Source: Spirochaetia bacterium
Lineage (GTDB): Bacteria > Spirochaetota > Spirochaetia > SZUA-6 > Bin103
Direction of reading: 5' to 3'
Assembly (NCBI GenBank): GCA_965203055.1
Contig: OZ241863.1
Location: forward strand, 1,440,001-1,504,000
Length of the DNA: 64,000 bases
Below, piece by piece: positions 1 to 9,844 of this stretch; position 1 is the first letter of the stretch; every line of letters begins with the position of its first letter. The position numbers and the translations under genes were made by a program. The notes beneath the pieces are model-generated. The model did no database searches. It saw only the letters and a list, made by a program, of their open reading frames with translations, and was not told the origin of the DNA.

Positions 1-3000
1 GGCAGTGAGCGGGGACAGCGGAATAGCGGCCCCGGCGAGCGTGACGCTGACGATCGAGGACGACGAGGCGGCGCCTGGGGTGACGCTGGCGGTGGCGGAC
101 GGCGCGATCGCGGAGGACGGCGGGACGACGACGGTGACGGCAACGCTGATCCACGCGTCGAGCGAGGCGACCACGGTAACGGTGACGGCGGTGGACGGGT
201 CGTACACGGTCGGCGATGACGTGACGATCACGATCGCAGCGGGAGAGACGGCGAACGCGGCGGACACGGTGACGGTCACGGCGGTGAACGACGACGTGGA
301 CAACGTCGGCGACCGTTCGGTGACGGTGAGCGGGACGGCGCAGAACAGCCAGGGCGCCGGGAGCGTGACGGGCGCGGCGCTGACGCTGACCGACGACGAG
401 GCGACGCCGACGGCGACGCTGACGCTGAGTGCTGAGACGATCGACGAGCACGACGGGACGAATCCGGGGAAGGCGACGGTGACGGCGACGTTGAACCGAG
501 CGTCGAGCGAGGCGGTGACGCTGACGGTGTCTGCGGCGGCCGGGACGAACGCAGCGGCGGTCGACTTCAGCCTGTCGAGTCAGAAGACGCTGAGCATCGC
601 CGCCGGGGCGACCAGCAGCACCGGTACGGTGACGGTGACGGCGGTGGACGACACGACGGACGCGCCGGACAAGGAAGTGACGGTAACGGCGGCAGTGAGC
701 GGGGACAGCGGTATAGCGGCCCCCGCGAGTGTGACGCTGACGATAGAGGACGACGAAGCGGCGCCGGGCGTGACGCTGGCGGTCGCCGACAGCGCCATCG
801 CCGAGAACGGCGGCACCACCACGGTGACCGCCACGCTCAGCCACGCGTCGAGCGCCGCGACGACGATCACCGTACAGCCGGTGTCAGGCGCCTACACGGT
901 CGGGTCGGACGCGACAATCGAGATCGCGGCGGGAGAGACGGCGAACACGGCGGACAGCGTGACGATCACGGCGGTGAACGACGCGATCGACAACGTGGGC
1001 GACCGGACGATGACGGTGAGCGGGACGGCGCAGAACAGCCAGGACGTAGGGACGGTGACCGGAGCAAGCCTCACCCTCACGGATGACGAGGGAGTGCCGA
1101 CGGCGACGCTGGCGCTGAGCCCTGAGACGATCGACGAGCACGACGGGACGAATCCGGGGAAGGCGACGGTGACGGCGAGTCTGAACCGAGCGTCGAGCGA
1201 GGCGGTGACGCTGACGGTGTCTGCGGCGGCCGGGACGAACGCAGCGGCGGGCGACTTCACGCTGTCGAGCACGAAGACGCTAAGCATCGCCGCCGGAGCG
1301 ACGACGAGCACCGGTACGGTGACGGTGACGGCGGTCGATGACACGACGGACGCACCGGACAAGGAAGTGACGGTAACGGCGGCGGTGAGCGGGGACAGCG
1401 GGATAGCGGCCCCGGCGAGCGTGACGCTGACGATCGAGGACGACGAAGCGGCGCCTGGGGTGACGCTGGCGGTGGCGGACAGCGCGATCGCCGAGAACGG
1501 CGGAACGACGACGGTGACGGCGACGCTGAGTCACGCGTCGAGCGCCGCGACCACGGTGACGGTGACGGCGGTGGACGGGTCGTACACGGTCGGCGAGGAC
1601 GCGACGATCGAGATCGCGGCGGGAGAGACGGCGAACGCGTCGGACACAGTGACGATCACGGCGGTGAACGACGACGTGGACAACGTCGGCGACCGGTCGG
1701 TGACGGTGAGCGGGACCGCGCAGAACAGCCAGGGCGTAGGAACGGTGACCGGAGCAAGCCTCACCCTCACGGACGACGAGGCGACGCCGACGGTGACGTT
1801 GGCCCTGAGCCCTGAGACGATCGACGAGCACGACGGAACGAATCCGGGGAAGGCGACGGTGACGGCGAGTCTGAACCGAGCGTCGAGCGAGGCGGTGACG
1901 CTGACGGTGACTGCGGCGGCCGGGACGAACGCAGTGGCGGGCGACTTCAGCCTGTCGAGCACGAAGACGTTGAGCATCGCCGCCGGGGCGACCAGCAGCA
2001 CCGGTACGGTGACGGTGACAGCGGTGGACAACGCGGTCGACGCGCCGGACAAGGAAGTGACGGTAACGGCGGCGGTGAGCGGGGACAGCGGAATAGCGGC
2101 CCCCGCGAGCGTGACGCTGACGATCGAGGACGATGAAGCAGCGCCGGGGGTGACGCTGGCGGTGGCGGACAGCGCGATCGCCGAGAACGGCGGGACGACA
2201 ACGGTGACCGCCACGCTGAGCCATGCGTCGAGCGCGGCGACGACGATCACGGTACAGCCGGTGACAGGCGCCTACACGGTGGAGACGGACGCGACGATCG
2301 AGATCGCAGCAGGAGAAACGGTGAACGCTGCGGACACGGTGACGATCACGGCCGTGAACGACGCGATCGACAACGTGGGCGACCGGTCGGTGACGGTGAG
2401 CGGAACGGCGCAGAACAGCCAGGGCGCCGGGACGGTGACGGGAGCGAGCCTCACCCTCACCGACGACGAGGCGACGCCGACGGCGACGCTGGCGCTGAGC
2501 GCTGAGACGATCGACGAGCACGACGGGACGAATCCGGGGAAGGCGACGGTGACGGCGAGTCTGGACCGAGCGTCGAGCGAGGCGGTGACGCTGACGGTGG
2601 CTGCGGCGGCGGGAACGAACGCGGCGGCGGGCGACTTCAGCCTGTCGAGCACGAAGACGTTGAGCATCGCCGCCGGAGCGACCAGCAGCACCGGCACGGT
2701 GACGGTGACGGCGGTCGATGACATGACGGACGCGCCGGACAAGGAAGTGACGGTAACGGCGGCGGTGAGCGGGGACAGCGGAATAGCGGCCCCGGCGGCG
2801 CAGACGCTGACGATCAAGGACGACGAAGCGGCGCCGGGGGTGACATTGGCGCTGGCCGACAGCGCGATCGCCGAGAACGGCGGAACGACGACGGTGACGG
2901 CGACGCTCTCGCATGCATCGAGCGCGGCGACGACGATCACGGTACAGCCGGTGACGGGCGCCTACACGGTCGGCGAGGACGCGACGATCACGATCGCGGC

Positions 3001-6000
3001 GGGAGAGACGGCGAACGCGTCGGACACGGTGACGATCACCGCCGTGAACGACGCGATCGACAACGTGGGCAACCGCACGGCGACGGTGAGCGGGACGGTG
3101 CAGAACAGCCAGGGCGTAGGAACGGTGACCGGAGCAAGCCTCAACCTCACGGACGACGAGGCGACGCCGACGGCGACGCTGGCGCTGAGCCCTGAGACGA
3201 TCGACGAGCACGACGGGACGAATCCGGGGAAGACGACGGTGACGGCGAGTCTGAACCGAGCGTCGAGCGAGGCGGTGACGCTGACGGTGGCTGCGGCGGC
3301 GGGGACGAACGCGGCGGCGGGCGACTTCAGCCTGTCGAGCACGAAGACGCTGAGCTTCGCCGCCGGAGCGACGACGAGCACCGGCACGGTGACGGTGACG
3401 GCGGTCGATGACACGACGGACGCGCCGGACAAGGAAGTGACGGTATCGGCGGCGATAAGCGGGGACAGCGGGATAGCGGCTCCGGCGAGCGTGACGCTGA
3501 CGATCGAGGACGACGAAGCGGCGCCTGGGGTGACGCTGGCGGTGGCCGACAGCGCGATCGCCGAGAACGGCGGAACGACGACGGTGACGGCGACGCTCTC
3601 GCATGCATCGAGCGCGGCGACGACGATCACGGTACAGCCGGTGACGGGCGCCTACACCGTGGGGTCAGACGCGACGATCGAGATCGCGGCGGGAGAGACG
3701 GCGAACGAGGCGGACAGCGTGACGATCACGACGGTGAACGACGCGATCAACAACCTCGGCGGCCCGACGGTGACGGTGGGCGGGACGGCGCAGAACAGCC
3801 ATGGCGTGCAGCCGGTGACGGGAGCGAGGCTCGCCCTCACGGGGAAGCTGTTGCTGGATCGTGAGACGGGCGGAGCGGCGCCTGGGGTGACGCTGGCGGT
3901 GGCGGACAGCGCGATCGCCGAGAACGGCGGGTCCACCACGGTGACCGCCACGCTCAGCCACGCATCGAGCGCGGCGACGACGATCACGGTGACGGCGGTG
4001 ACGGGTGCCTACACCGTGGGGTCAGACGCGACGATCGAGATCGCGGCGGGAGAGACGGCGAACGCGGCGGACACGGCGACGATCACGGCGGTGAACGACG
4101 CGATCGACAACGTGGGCAACCGGTCGGTAACGGTGAGCGGAACGGCGCAGAACAGTCAGGGCGTAGGAACCGTGACCGGAGCGAGCCTCACCCTCACGGA
4201 CGACGAGGGAGCGCCGACGGCGACGCTGGCGCTGAGCCCCGAGACGATCGACGAGCACGACGGGACGAATCCGGGGAAGGCGACGGTGACGGCGACGTTG
4301 AACCGGGCGTCGAGCGAGGCGGTGACGCTGACGGTGGCCGCAGCGGCCGGTACGAACGCAGTGGCGGACGACTTCACGCTGTCGAGCACGACGACGCTGA
4401 GCATCGCCGCCGGAGCGACGAGGAGCACCGGCACGGTGACGGTGACGGCGGTCGATGACACGACGGACGCGCCGGACAAGGAAGTGACGGTAACGGCAAC
4501 GGTGAGCGGGGACAGCGGGATAGCGGCCCCCGCGGCGCAGACGCTGACGATCGAAGACGACGAAGCGGCGCCCGGGGTGACGCTGGCGGTGGCCGACAGC
4601 GCGATCGACGAGAACGGCGGAACGACGACGGTGACCGCCACGCTGAGCCACGCATCGAGCGCGGCGACCACCATCACGGTGGCCGCGGTCGACGGCGCCT
4701 ACACGGTGGGGACGGACGCGACGATCGAGATCGCGGCAGGAGAGACGGCGAACGCGGCCGACACGGCGACGATCGCGGCGGTGGACGACGCGATCGACAA
4801 CACGGTCAACCGGTCGGCGACGGTGAGCGGGACGGCGCAGAACAGCCAGGGCGTGGGGACGGTGACCGGAGCGAGTCTCACCCTCACGGACGACGAGGGA
4901 GCGCCGATGGCGACGCTGGCGCTGAGCCCTGAGACGATCACCGAGCACGACGGGACCGATCCGGGGAAGGCGACCGTGACGGCGAGTCTGAACCGGGCGT
5001 CGAGCGAGGCGGTGACGCTGACGGTGGCCGCAGCGGCCGGTACGAACGCAGTGGCGGGCGACTTCACGCTGTCGAGCACGACGACGCTGAGCATCGCCGC
5101 CGGAGCGACCAGCAGCACCGGTGAGGTGACGGTGACGGCGGTGGACGACACGGTCGACGCGCCGGACAAGGAAGTGACGGTATCGGCGGCGGTGAGCGGG
5201 GACAGCGGGATAGCGGCCCCCGCAAGCGTGACGCTGACGATCGAGGACGACGAGGCGGCGCCTGGGGTGACGCTGGCGGTGGCCGACAGCGCGATCGACG
5301 AGAACGGCGGAACGACGACGGTGACCGCCACGCTGAGCCATGCATCGAGCGAGGCGACGACGATCACGGTGACGGCGGTCGACGGGGCCTACACGGTCGG
5401 GACCGACGCGACGATCGAGATCGCGGCAGGAGACACGGCGAACGCGGCGGACACGGCGGGGATCACGGCAGTGGCCGACGCGGAGAGCACCGGCGACCGC
5501 ACGGTGACGGTGACGGGAACGGCGCAGAACAGCCAGGGCGCGGGGGAGGTGACCGGAGCGGAGCTGACCCTCCGCGCTGGCGGCGGTGGCGGGGTGGCGG
5601 CGTTCGCGCTGAGCGGCTCGGTGGAGGATCAGGAGTGGACCGAGGGGCAGGCGATCACGCCGTTGACGCTGCCGGAAGCGACCGGCGGCGACGGAGCGGT
5701 GAGCTATGCGTTGACGCCGGAACTGCCGGGCGGCGTAAGCCGGGACGCAGCCAGCCGGGAGGTGAGCGGGACGCCGGAGGCGGCCCAGGCGGAGACCGAA
5801 TACACCTGGACCGCGACCGACGGCGGAGGCGCGACGGCCGACGTGACGTTCACCATCGAGGTGCTTGCCGGCGCGGTCCGGGACGAGCCGCCGGTGCCGC
5901 CGGTGGGGTCATCGCCGTCAGCGCCGGGACCGCCGGCCGTGGCGGTGAAGGTGTCGATCGGAGACGCGTCGATCATGGAAGGCGACGGGAGGCGGGTGGA

Positions 6001-8083
6001 TGCCGAGTTCACGGTGAAGCTGGACCAGGCCAGCGCGGTGCCGGTCACGGTGGGGTTTGCGACCCGGGACGACACGGCGACCGCCGGGGCCGACTACGCG
6101 CAGCGCGCGGGAACGGTGACGTTCGCGCCGGGAGAGACGGAACGGACGATAGCGGTGACGGTGCTGCCGGACACGACGGTGGAGGCGAACGAGGAGTTCA
6201 TGGTGATGCTCGCCGAACCGGAGGCTGCGGTGCTGGAACGGGGGATGGCGCGGGGGACGATCGGGGACAACGACGTGGCGTTGCTGGCGATCGACGACAC
6301 GCAGGTGAGGGAAGGGGACCGTGGCCGGACGGCAGCCTGGTTCGAGGTGCGGATGATCTCGAAGACGGAGCGGCCGGTGATGCTGCGCTACACGACGATG
6401 GACGGGACGGCGCGCGCCGGGGAGGACTACGAGGCGGCGAGCGAGGTGCTGGTGTTCGCGCCGGGAGAGGCGGCGAAGCGGGTATCGGTGACGGTGCTGG
6501 GAGACACGCAGCCGGAGGCGGACGAGACGTTCGGGGTGACGCTGCATGACGCCGAGCAGCGGGCGGCGAGTGGGGGACTGGCGGCCGAGGGAGTGATCGA
6601 AGACGACGACCAGGAGCGGATGCGGCGGGCGTTGCGGCGGGCGCACGCGGAGTTTGCGCGGGTGGTGGCGACCGACGCGGTGGCGGTGATCGGGGAGCGG
6701 TTTGCGGCCGGAGGCGCGGCGGAATCGCAGCTCACGCTGAACGGGCGGCGGCTGGAGCTGGCGGGGGCCGCGGCGGGCGGCGCGGAGCCGGCGGCAGGCG
6801 CGGCCGAGTGGACGCCGGCGTCCGAGGAGGCAGCGCTGAGTCAGGTGCCGCTGCGGGAGTTCCTGGTGGGGAGTTCCTTCGATCTGGTGGGGCGGGCGCC
6901 GTTGAGCGAGGCGGGAGCGGTCGCCGCCGTGGGCGGGGGCCCGGAATGGAGCGTGTGGAGCCGGGGAGCGCTGAGCCAGTACGGCGGGCAGAGCGCGGCG
7001 CCGGGCGCCAGTTGGAACGGGGGCGTATACGGCGGCTACCTGGGAGCGGACATCCGGGTGGCGGAGCCGCTGGTGCTGGGGTTGGCGGTGTCCCACAACG
7101 CCGGCGCGATGGAGTATCAGGAGAGCGTTGCCGACCGCGGCGACGAGTTCAAGGCGAAGGTGGAGACCTCGCTGACCAGCGTGCTGCCGTACGTCCACTG
7201 GAGGCCGCTGGAAGGCGTGAGCCTGTGGACGCTGGCGGGGGCCGGACTGGGCGGCAGCGGGGTCACCTGGGAAAGCACGCGGCTGGAAACGAGCAACACG
7301 CTGTGGCTGGGCGCGGCGGGGGCGCGGGTGTCGGTGGTGTCGTGGAACGGGTTGGACCTGGCGCTGGCGACCGACGGCTACTATGCGTCGCTGAGCGCGG
7401 AGTCGGAGGCCGCGAAGTGGCTGACGCAGGAGTTGGCGCCGGCTGGAGTGGGGCGGGTGCGGCTGCTGGCGGACGCGCGCTTCGACTGGCAGATGGCGGT
7501 CGATTCGCGGCTTGGGGTGAACCTGGAGGTGGGCGGTCGGTGGGACGCCGGGGCCGCGGCGCAGGGGTTCGGAGCGGAGCTGGGGGGAGGATTGGAGTAT
7601 GGGTACACCGCGCTGGGGTTGGGAGTGCGGGCGCACGGACGGTATTTGCTGGCGCATCAGGAGCGGGAGTTTCAGGACTGGGGAGCGAGCGCGGGGCTGA
7701 GTTTCGATCCGGGGGCGCCGGGCCGCGGGCTGGCGCTGGCGGTGGCGCCGGCGTGGGGAGCGCCGGGCAGCCGGACGGAAGGAGTGTGGAGCGCGGCGCC
7801 GCTGGCGGCGGAGAGCGGCGGCGGGGCGGCGCGAGACGGCGCGGGGCTGCGCCCGGACCGGCTGGACGCGGAGCTGAGCTACGGGATGGAGATGCCTGGG
7901 GCGGCGGGGCTGGTGACGCTCTACGGCGGGCTGACGCAGGGGCAGCCGGACAGCGCCGGCTACCGGGTGGGCAGCCGTCTGGAGTTGGGCGGGCTGAGTA
8001 TGGATCTGGCGCTGGACCGGCAGGAGAACCCCGGCGCCGACCCGGCCCACGGCCTCAGGCTGGAGGGCCAATTGCACTGGTGA
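1..8083 (+). CDS. Giant repetitive surface adhesin, 5'-truncated by the window edge: tandem Calx-beta-like domains, a putative Ig domain, two further Calx-beta domains and a C-terminal autotransporter-like beta-barrel
   Basis: Frame is open from the window start. Thr/Ala/Val-rich 110-120 aa domains end in 'LT(I/L)xDDE'. Ig-like segment 'AITPLTLPEATGG..YALTPELPGG' at about 5600-5870; 'DDTATAGADY..GTVTFAPGET' Calx-beta motifs at about 5945-6610; alternating aromatic/Gly strands ending in Trp (LRLEGQLHW). Confidence 0.85.
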   Translation, partial: AVSGDSGIAAPASVTLTIEDDEAAPGVTLAVADGAIAEDGGTTTVTATLIHASSEATTVTVTAVDGSYTVGDDVTITIAAGETANAADTVTVTAVNDDVDNVGDRSVTVSGTAQNSQGAGSVTGAALTLTDDEATPTATLTLSAETIDEHDGTNPGKATVTATLNRASSEAVTLTVSAAAGTNAAAVDFSLSSQKTLSIAAGATSSTGTVTVTAVDDTTDAPDKEVTVTAAVSGDSGIAAPASVTLTIEDDEAAPGVTLAVADSAIAENGGTTTVTATLSHASSAATTITVQPVSGAYTVGSDATIEIAAGETANTADSVTITAVNDAIDNVGDRTMTVSGTAQNSQDVGTVTGASLTLTDDEGVPTATLALSPETIDEHDGTNPGKATVTASLNRASSEAVTLTVSAAAGTNAAAGDFTLSSTKTLSIAAGATTSTGTVTVTAVDDTTDAPDKEVTVTAAVSGDSGIAAPASVTLTIEDDEAAPGVTLAVADSAIAENGGTTTVTATLSHASSAATTVTVTAVDGSYTVGEDATIEIAAGETANASDTVTITAVNDDVDNVGDRSVTVSGTAQNSQGVGTVTGASLTLTDDEATPTVTLALSPETIDEHDGTNPGKATVTASLNRASSEAVTLTVTAAAGTNAVAGDFSLSSTKTLSIAAGATSSTGTVTVTAVDNAVDAPDKEVTVTAAVSGDSGIAAPASVTLTIEDDEAAPGVTLAVADSAIAENGGTTTVTATLSHASSAATTITVQPVTGAYTVETDATIEIAAGETVNAADTVTITAVNDAIDNVGDRSVTVSGTAQNSQGAGTVTGASLTLTDDEATPTATLALSAETIDEHDGTNPGKATVTASLDRASSEAVTLTVAAAAGTNAAAGDFSLSSTKTLSIAAGATSSTGTVTVTAVDDMTDAPDKEVTVTAAVSGDSGIAAPAAQTLTIKDDEAAPGVTLALADSAIAENGGTTTVTATLSHASSAATTITVQPVTGAYTVGEDATITIAAGETANASDTVTITAVNDAIDNVGNRTATVSGTVQNSQGVGTVTGASLNLTDDEATPTATLALSPETIDEHDGTNPGKTTVTASLNRASSEAVTLTVAAAAGTNAAAGDFSLSSTKTLSFAAGATTSTGTVTVTAVDDTTDAPDKEVTVSAAISGDSGIAAPASVTLTIEDDEAAPGVTLAVADSAIAENGGTTTVTATLSHASSAATTITVQPVTGAYTVGSDATIEIAAGETANEADSVTITTVNDAINNLGGPTVTVGGTAQNSHGVQPVTGARLALTGKLLLDRETGGAAPGVTLAVADSAIAENGGSTTVTATLSHASSAATTITVTAVTGAYTVGSDATIEIAAGETANAADTATITAVNDAIDNVGNRSVTVSGTAQNSQGVGTVTGASLTLTDDEGAPTATLALSPETIDEHDGTNPGKATVTATLNRASSEAVTLTVAAAAGTNAVADDFTLSSTTTLSIAAGATRSTGTVTVTAVDDTTDAPDKEVTVTATVSGDSGIAAPAAQTLTIEDDEAAPGVTLAVADSAIDENGGTTTVTATLSHASSAATTITVAAVDGAYTVGTDATIEIAAGETANAADTATIAAVDDAIDNTVNRSATVSGTAQNSQGVGTVTGASLTLTDDEGAPMATLALSPETITEHDGTDPGKATVTASLNRASSEAVTLTVAAAAGTNAVAGDFTLSSTTTLSIAAGATSSTGEVTVTAVDDTVDAPDKEVTVSAAVSGDSGIAAPASVTLTIEDDEAAPGVTLAVADSAIDENGGTTTVTATLSHASSEATTITVTAVDGAYTVGTDATIEIAAGDTANAADTAGITAVADAESTGDRTVTVTGTAQNSQGAGEVTGAELTLRAGGGGGVAAFALSGSVEDQEWTEGQAITPLTLPEATGGDGAVSYALTPELPGGVSRDAASREVSGTPEAAQAETEYTWTATDGGGATADVTFTIEVLAGAVRDEPPVPPVGSSPSAPGPPAVAVKVSIGDASIMEGDGRRVDAEFTVKLDQASAVPVTVGFATRDDTATAGADYAQRAGTVTFAPGETERTIAVTVLPDTTVEANEEFMVMLAEPEAAVLERGMARGTIGDNDVALLAIDDTQVREGDRGRTAAWFEVRMISKTERPVMLRYTTMDGTARAGEDYEAASEVLVFAPGEAAKRVSVTVLGDTQPEADETFGVTLHDAEQRAASGGLAAEGVIEDDDQERMRRALRRAHAEFARVVATDAVAVIGERFAAGGAAESQLTLNGRRLELAGAAAGGAEPAAGAAEWTPASEEAALSQVPLREFLVGSSFDLVGRAPLSEAGAVAAVGGGPEWSVWSRGALSQYGGQSAAPGASWNGGVYGGYLGADIRVAEPLVLGLAVSHNAGAMEYQESVADRGDEFKAKVETSLTSVLPYVHWRPLEGVSLWTLAGAGLGGSGVTWESTRLETSNTLWLGAAGARVSVVSWNGLDLALATDGYYASLSAESEAAKWLTQELAPAGVGRVRLLADARFDWQMAVDSRLGVNLEVGGRWDAGAAAQGFGAELGGGLEYGYTALGLGVRAHGRYLLAHQEREFQDWGASAGLSFDPGAPGRGLALAVAPAWGAPGSRTEGVWSAAPLAAESGGGAARDGAGLRPDRLDAELSYGMEMPGAAGLVTLYGGLTQGQPDSAGYRVGSRLELGGLSMDLALDRQENPGADPAHGLRLEGQLHW
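8..5570 (+). repeat. Intragenic tandem repeat, 690-bp (230-aa) unit of two alternating domains
   Basis: Marker AGCGGGGACAGCGG recurs at 8, 698, 1388, 2078, 2768, 3458, 4505 and 5195: 690-bp spacing except one 1047-bp step. Confidence 0.95.
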
Positions 8084-8135
8084 GCGTGAACGGAGGATGG
8101 CGCCAGCGCCGGACGCGGCCTGCTGCTGGCGGAGG

Positions 8136-8975
8136 CTAGCGCTGGCGGGCCGCCAGGATGATCCAGGTAAGCGTTTCGACGCCGCTTCCGGGCGCGGTGC
8201 CTACCCCGCCGGCCACCGGCACGGCCGGCCCCAGCAATTCGGCCGCGCCGGAAACCGGGTTCACGCTGAAGAATGCCAGCTCGCTGCCGCCGCCCGGCTC
8301 CGGCGCGGCGGCGCGCACCGCCAGCCGTTGGCCGGCATGCGCCCCGAACGGACGCAACGCCCACATCGCCAGCGGGCGATAGGGGGCTTCGTCGACCGCC
8401 AGCCGATAGTCGGGCCAGCCCGCCGGCGGGACGCGCGCGCCGCCGATGGCGCCGCCGTCTCGTTCCAGCAGGTTCAGGTCTACGGGGGTGGACGGAATCA
8501 GGCTGAGCCCGGCGAAGCGAACCGGCCGCGCGCCGTCCCATTCCGGCACCGACACCGCGTCCTGAAGCTGGATCGGCTCTGTCAGTTCCTGGTCGCCGGC
8601 CGTCAGCTCCACCGCAAACACCACCGAGGTCAGCGCGCGCTCCGCAACCGAGTCGCCGCGCACGTCGAGGGCGTAGCGTTCAACCGGCAATTGCTCGTAG
8701 GCGAAGCGGCCTCGGCCATCGGTCCGCGCCGGCCAGCAGGCGCTGGCGCACATCGCCACCGCCACGTTCGCCAGCGGCGCCCCGCCGGCATCGACCACCG
8801 TTCCGCCGAACCGCGCCTGTTCCCCGCCGGCCGGCAGGGCGAACGCGGTCGCCGGAGCCTGATCCGCGCCGGCGCCGCGCGGTCCGCCATTGCAGGCGGC
8901 CCCGGCCAGCGCCGCCAACATGACCAGACCCAGCCGCCGCGGAATGGCGCCGCGGCCGGGGGGCGGCGGGATCAC
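8136..8975 (-). CDS. Putative lipoprotein with carboxypeptidase-regulatory-like beta-sandwich domain
   Basis: Basic N-terminus, hydrophobic stretch and lipobox-like LAGAAC; 'GTVVDAGGAPLANVAV..ARTDGRGRF' motif; GTGA overlap with the upstream gene. Confidence 0.6.
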   Translation of the reverse strand: MIPPPPGRGAIPRRLGLVMLAALAGAACNGGPRGAGADQAPATAFALPAGGEQARFGGTVVDAGGAPLANVAVAMCASACWPARTDGRGRFAYEQLPVERYALDVRGDSVAERALTSVVFAVELTAGDQELTEPIQLQDAVSVPEWDGARPVRFAGLSLIPSTPVDLNLLERDGGAIGGARVPPAGWPDYRLAVDEAPYRPLAMWALRPFGAHAGQRLAVRAAAPEPGGGSELAFFSVNPVSGAAELLGPAVPVAGGVGTAPGSGVETLTWIILAARQR

Positions 8976-9844
8976 CCCGGCGGCGCCTGCGCGGCGGCCA
9001 GGATGCGCAGGTCAGCGCGCTGCTGCACGTAACCGATGATCGAACTCGCGGCGCGTACGACTCCCTCCGGGAGGTCGATCCGCACCTGCCCGGAGTGGGC
9101 CGCGGCGTCTCCCAGAGCCACCGTCGCGAAGCCCCGCACCGCGTTGTGGTGGCGCAAGGTACGCCCGCGGTTCTCGCCCCGCGGCACGAAGTTCTCGAGG
9201 CCGGTCTCCACCGCGACCACGGTCAGGACGCAACCGGCCGGCGCGTCCGTGACCTGGTAGTCCACCCGTACCGAACGTTCGTCATGCGCCGGCCGGGCGA
9301 GTGCGAGGGCCGGGCGGCGCGCATCCGGCGGCGGCGGAGGGCCGACCGCGGCAAGGGCGGCGGCGCGCACCAAGGCGTAGTCCTGGGCCGGACGCACGAC
9401 CTCGCGTCCGTTGACGACCATCTGCGGCGTGTAGATGCGGCTGCCCAGAGCGCGGCCGTAGCTGCGCTGCCGGCGCTCGGCCTCCGGGAGGGCGTAGGGA
9501 TCGGGCCAGCCGAGATAGTCCCAGTAGTCTACGTGCCATTCGATCGGAAACACCGGCAGGCCGCCGGTCTGTTCTCCGAGCCGCGCCAGGCTCAGTTCGG
9601 CCTGCGGGCAGCTATTGCAGCCCTGGGAGGTGAACAACTCCACCACGGCGAAGGAGGTCTCCTCGGCGGCGGCGGCCGGCGCCGCCTGTTCCGGCCCCGG
9701 GCCGGCGCCGGCCGCGGCCGGCAGCCACCAGGAGGCCAGCACGGCCGCCAGCAGGCCGGCCGGCAGACGCCCGCGCCGCGGAGCTGGTGATCTTGCCGCC
9801 ATATGCACAACTGTCAAGCTACGGTACCGGCGGCGCGCGGTCAA
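8972..9844 (-). CDS. DUF1223-family exported thioredoxin-like protein (alternative start 9802)
   Basis: Family motifs VVELFTSQGCNSCP, HVDYWDYLGW, YTPQMVVNG, RGENRGRTLRHHNAVR; signal-like N-terminus. Confidence 0.9.
   Translation of the reverse strand: MTARRRYRSLTVVHMAARSPAPRRGRLPAGLLAAVLASWWLPAAAGAGPGPEQAAPAAAAEETSFAVVELFTSQGCNSCPQAELSLARLGEQTGGLPVFPIEWHVDYWDYLGWPDPYALPEAERRQRSYGRALGSRIYTPQMVVNGREVVRPAQDYALVRAAALAAVGPPPPPDARRPALALARPAHDERSVRVDYQVTDAPAGCVLTVVAVETGLENFVPRGENRGRTLRHHNAVRGFATVALGDAAAHSGQVRIDLPEGVVRAASSIIGYVQQRADLRILAAAQAPPG

Noticed and set aside
8..5570. Regular repeats as a possible CRISPR array or DGR
   Set aside because: Units are 690 bp, fully coding and lack unique spacers; no cas or reverse transcriptase gene in the window.
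580..8139. Many long antisense and alternate-frame ORFs over the adhesin (e.g. 1280-3604, 5918-8077)
   Set aside because: Shadow ORFs from high GC and repeat periodicity; low-complexity Arg/Ser/Val translations with no motifs.
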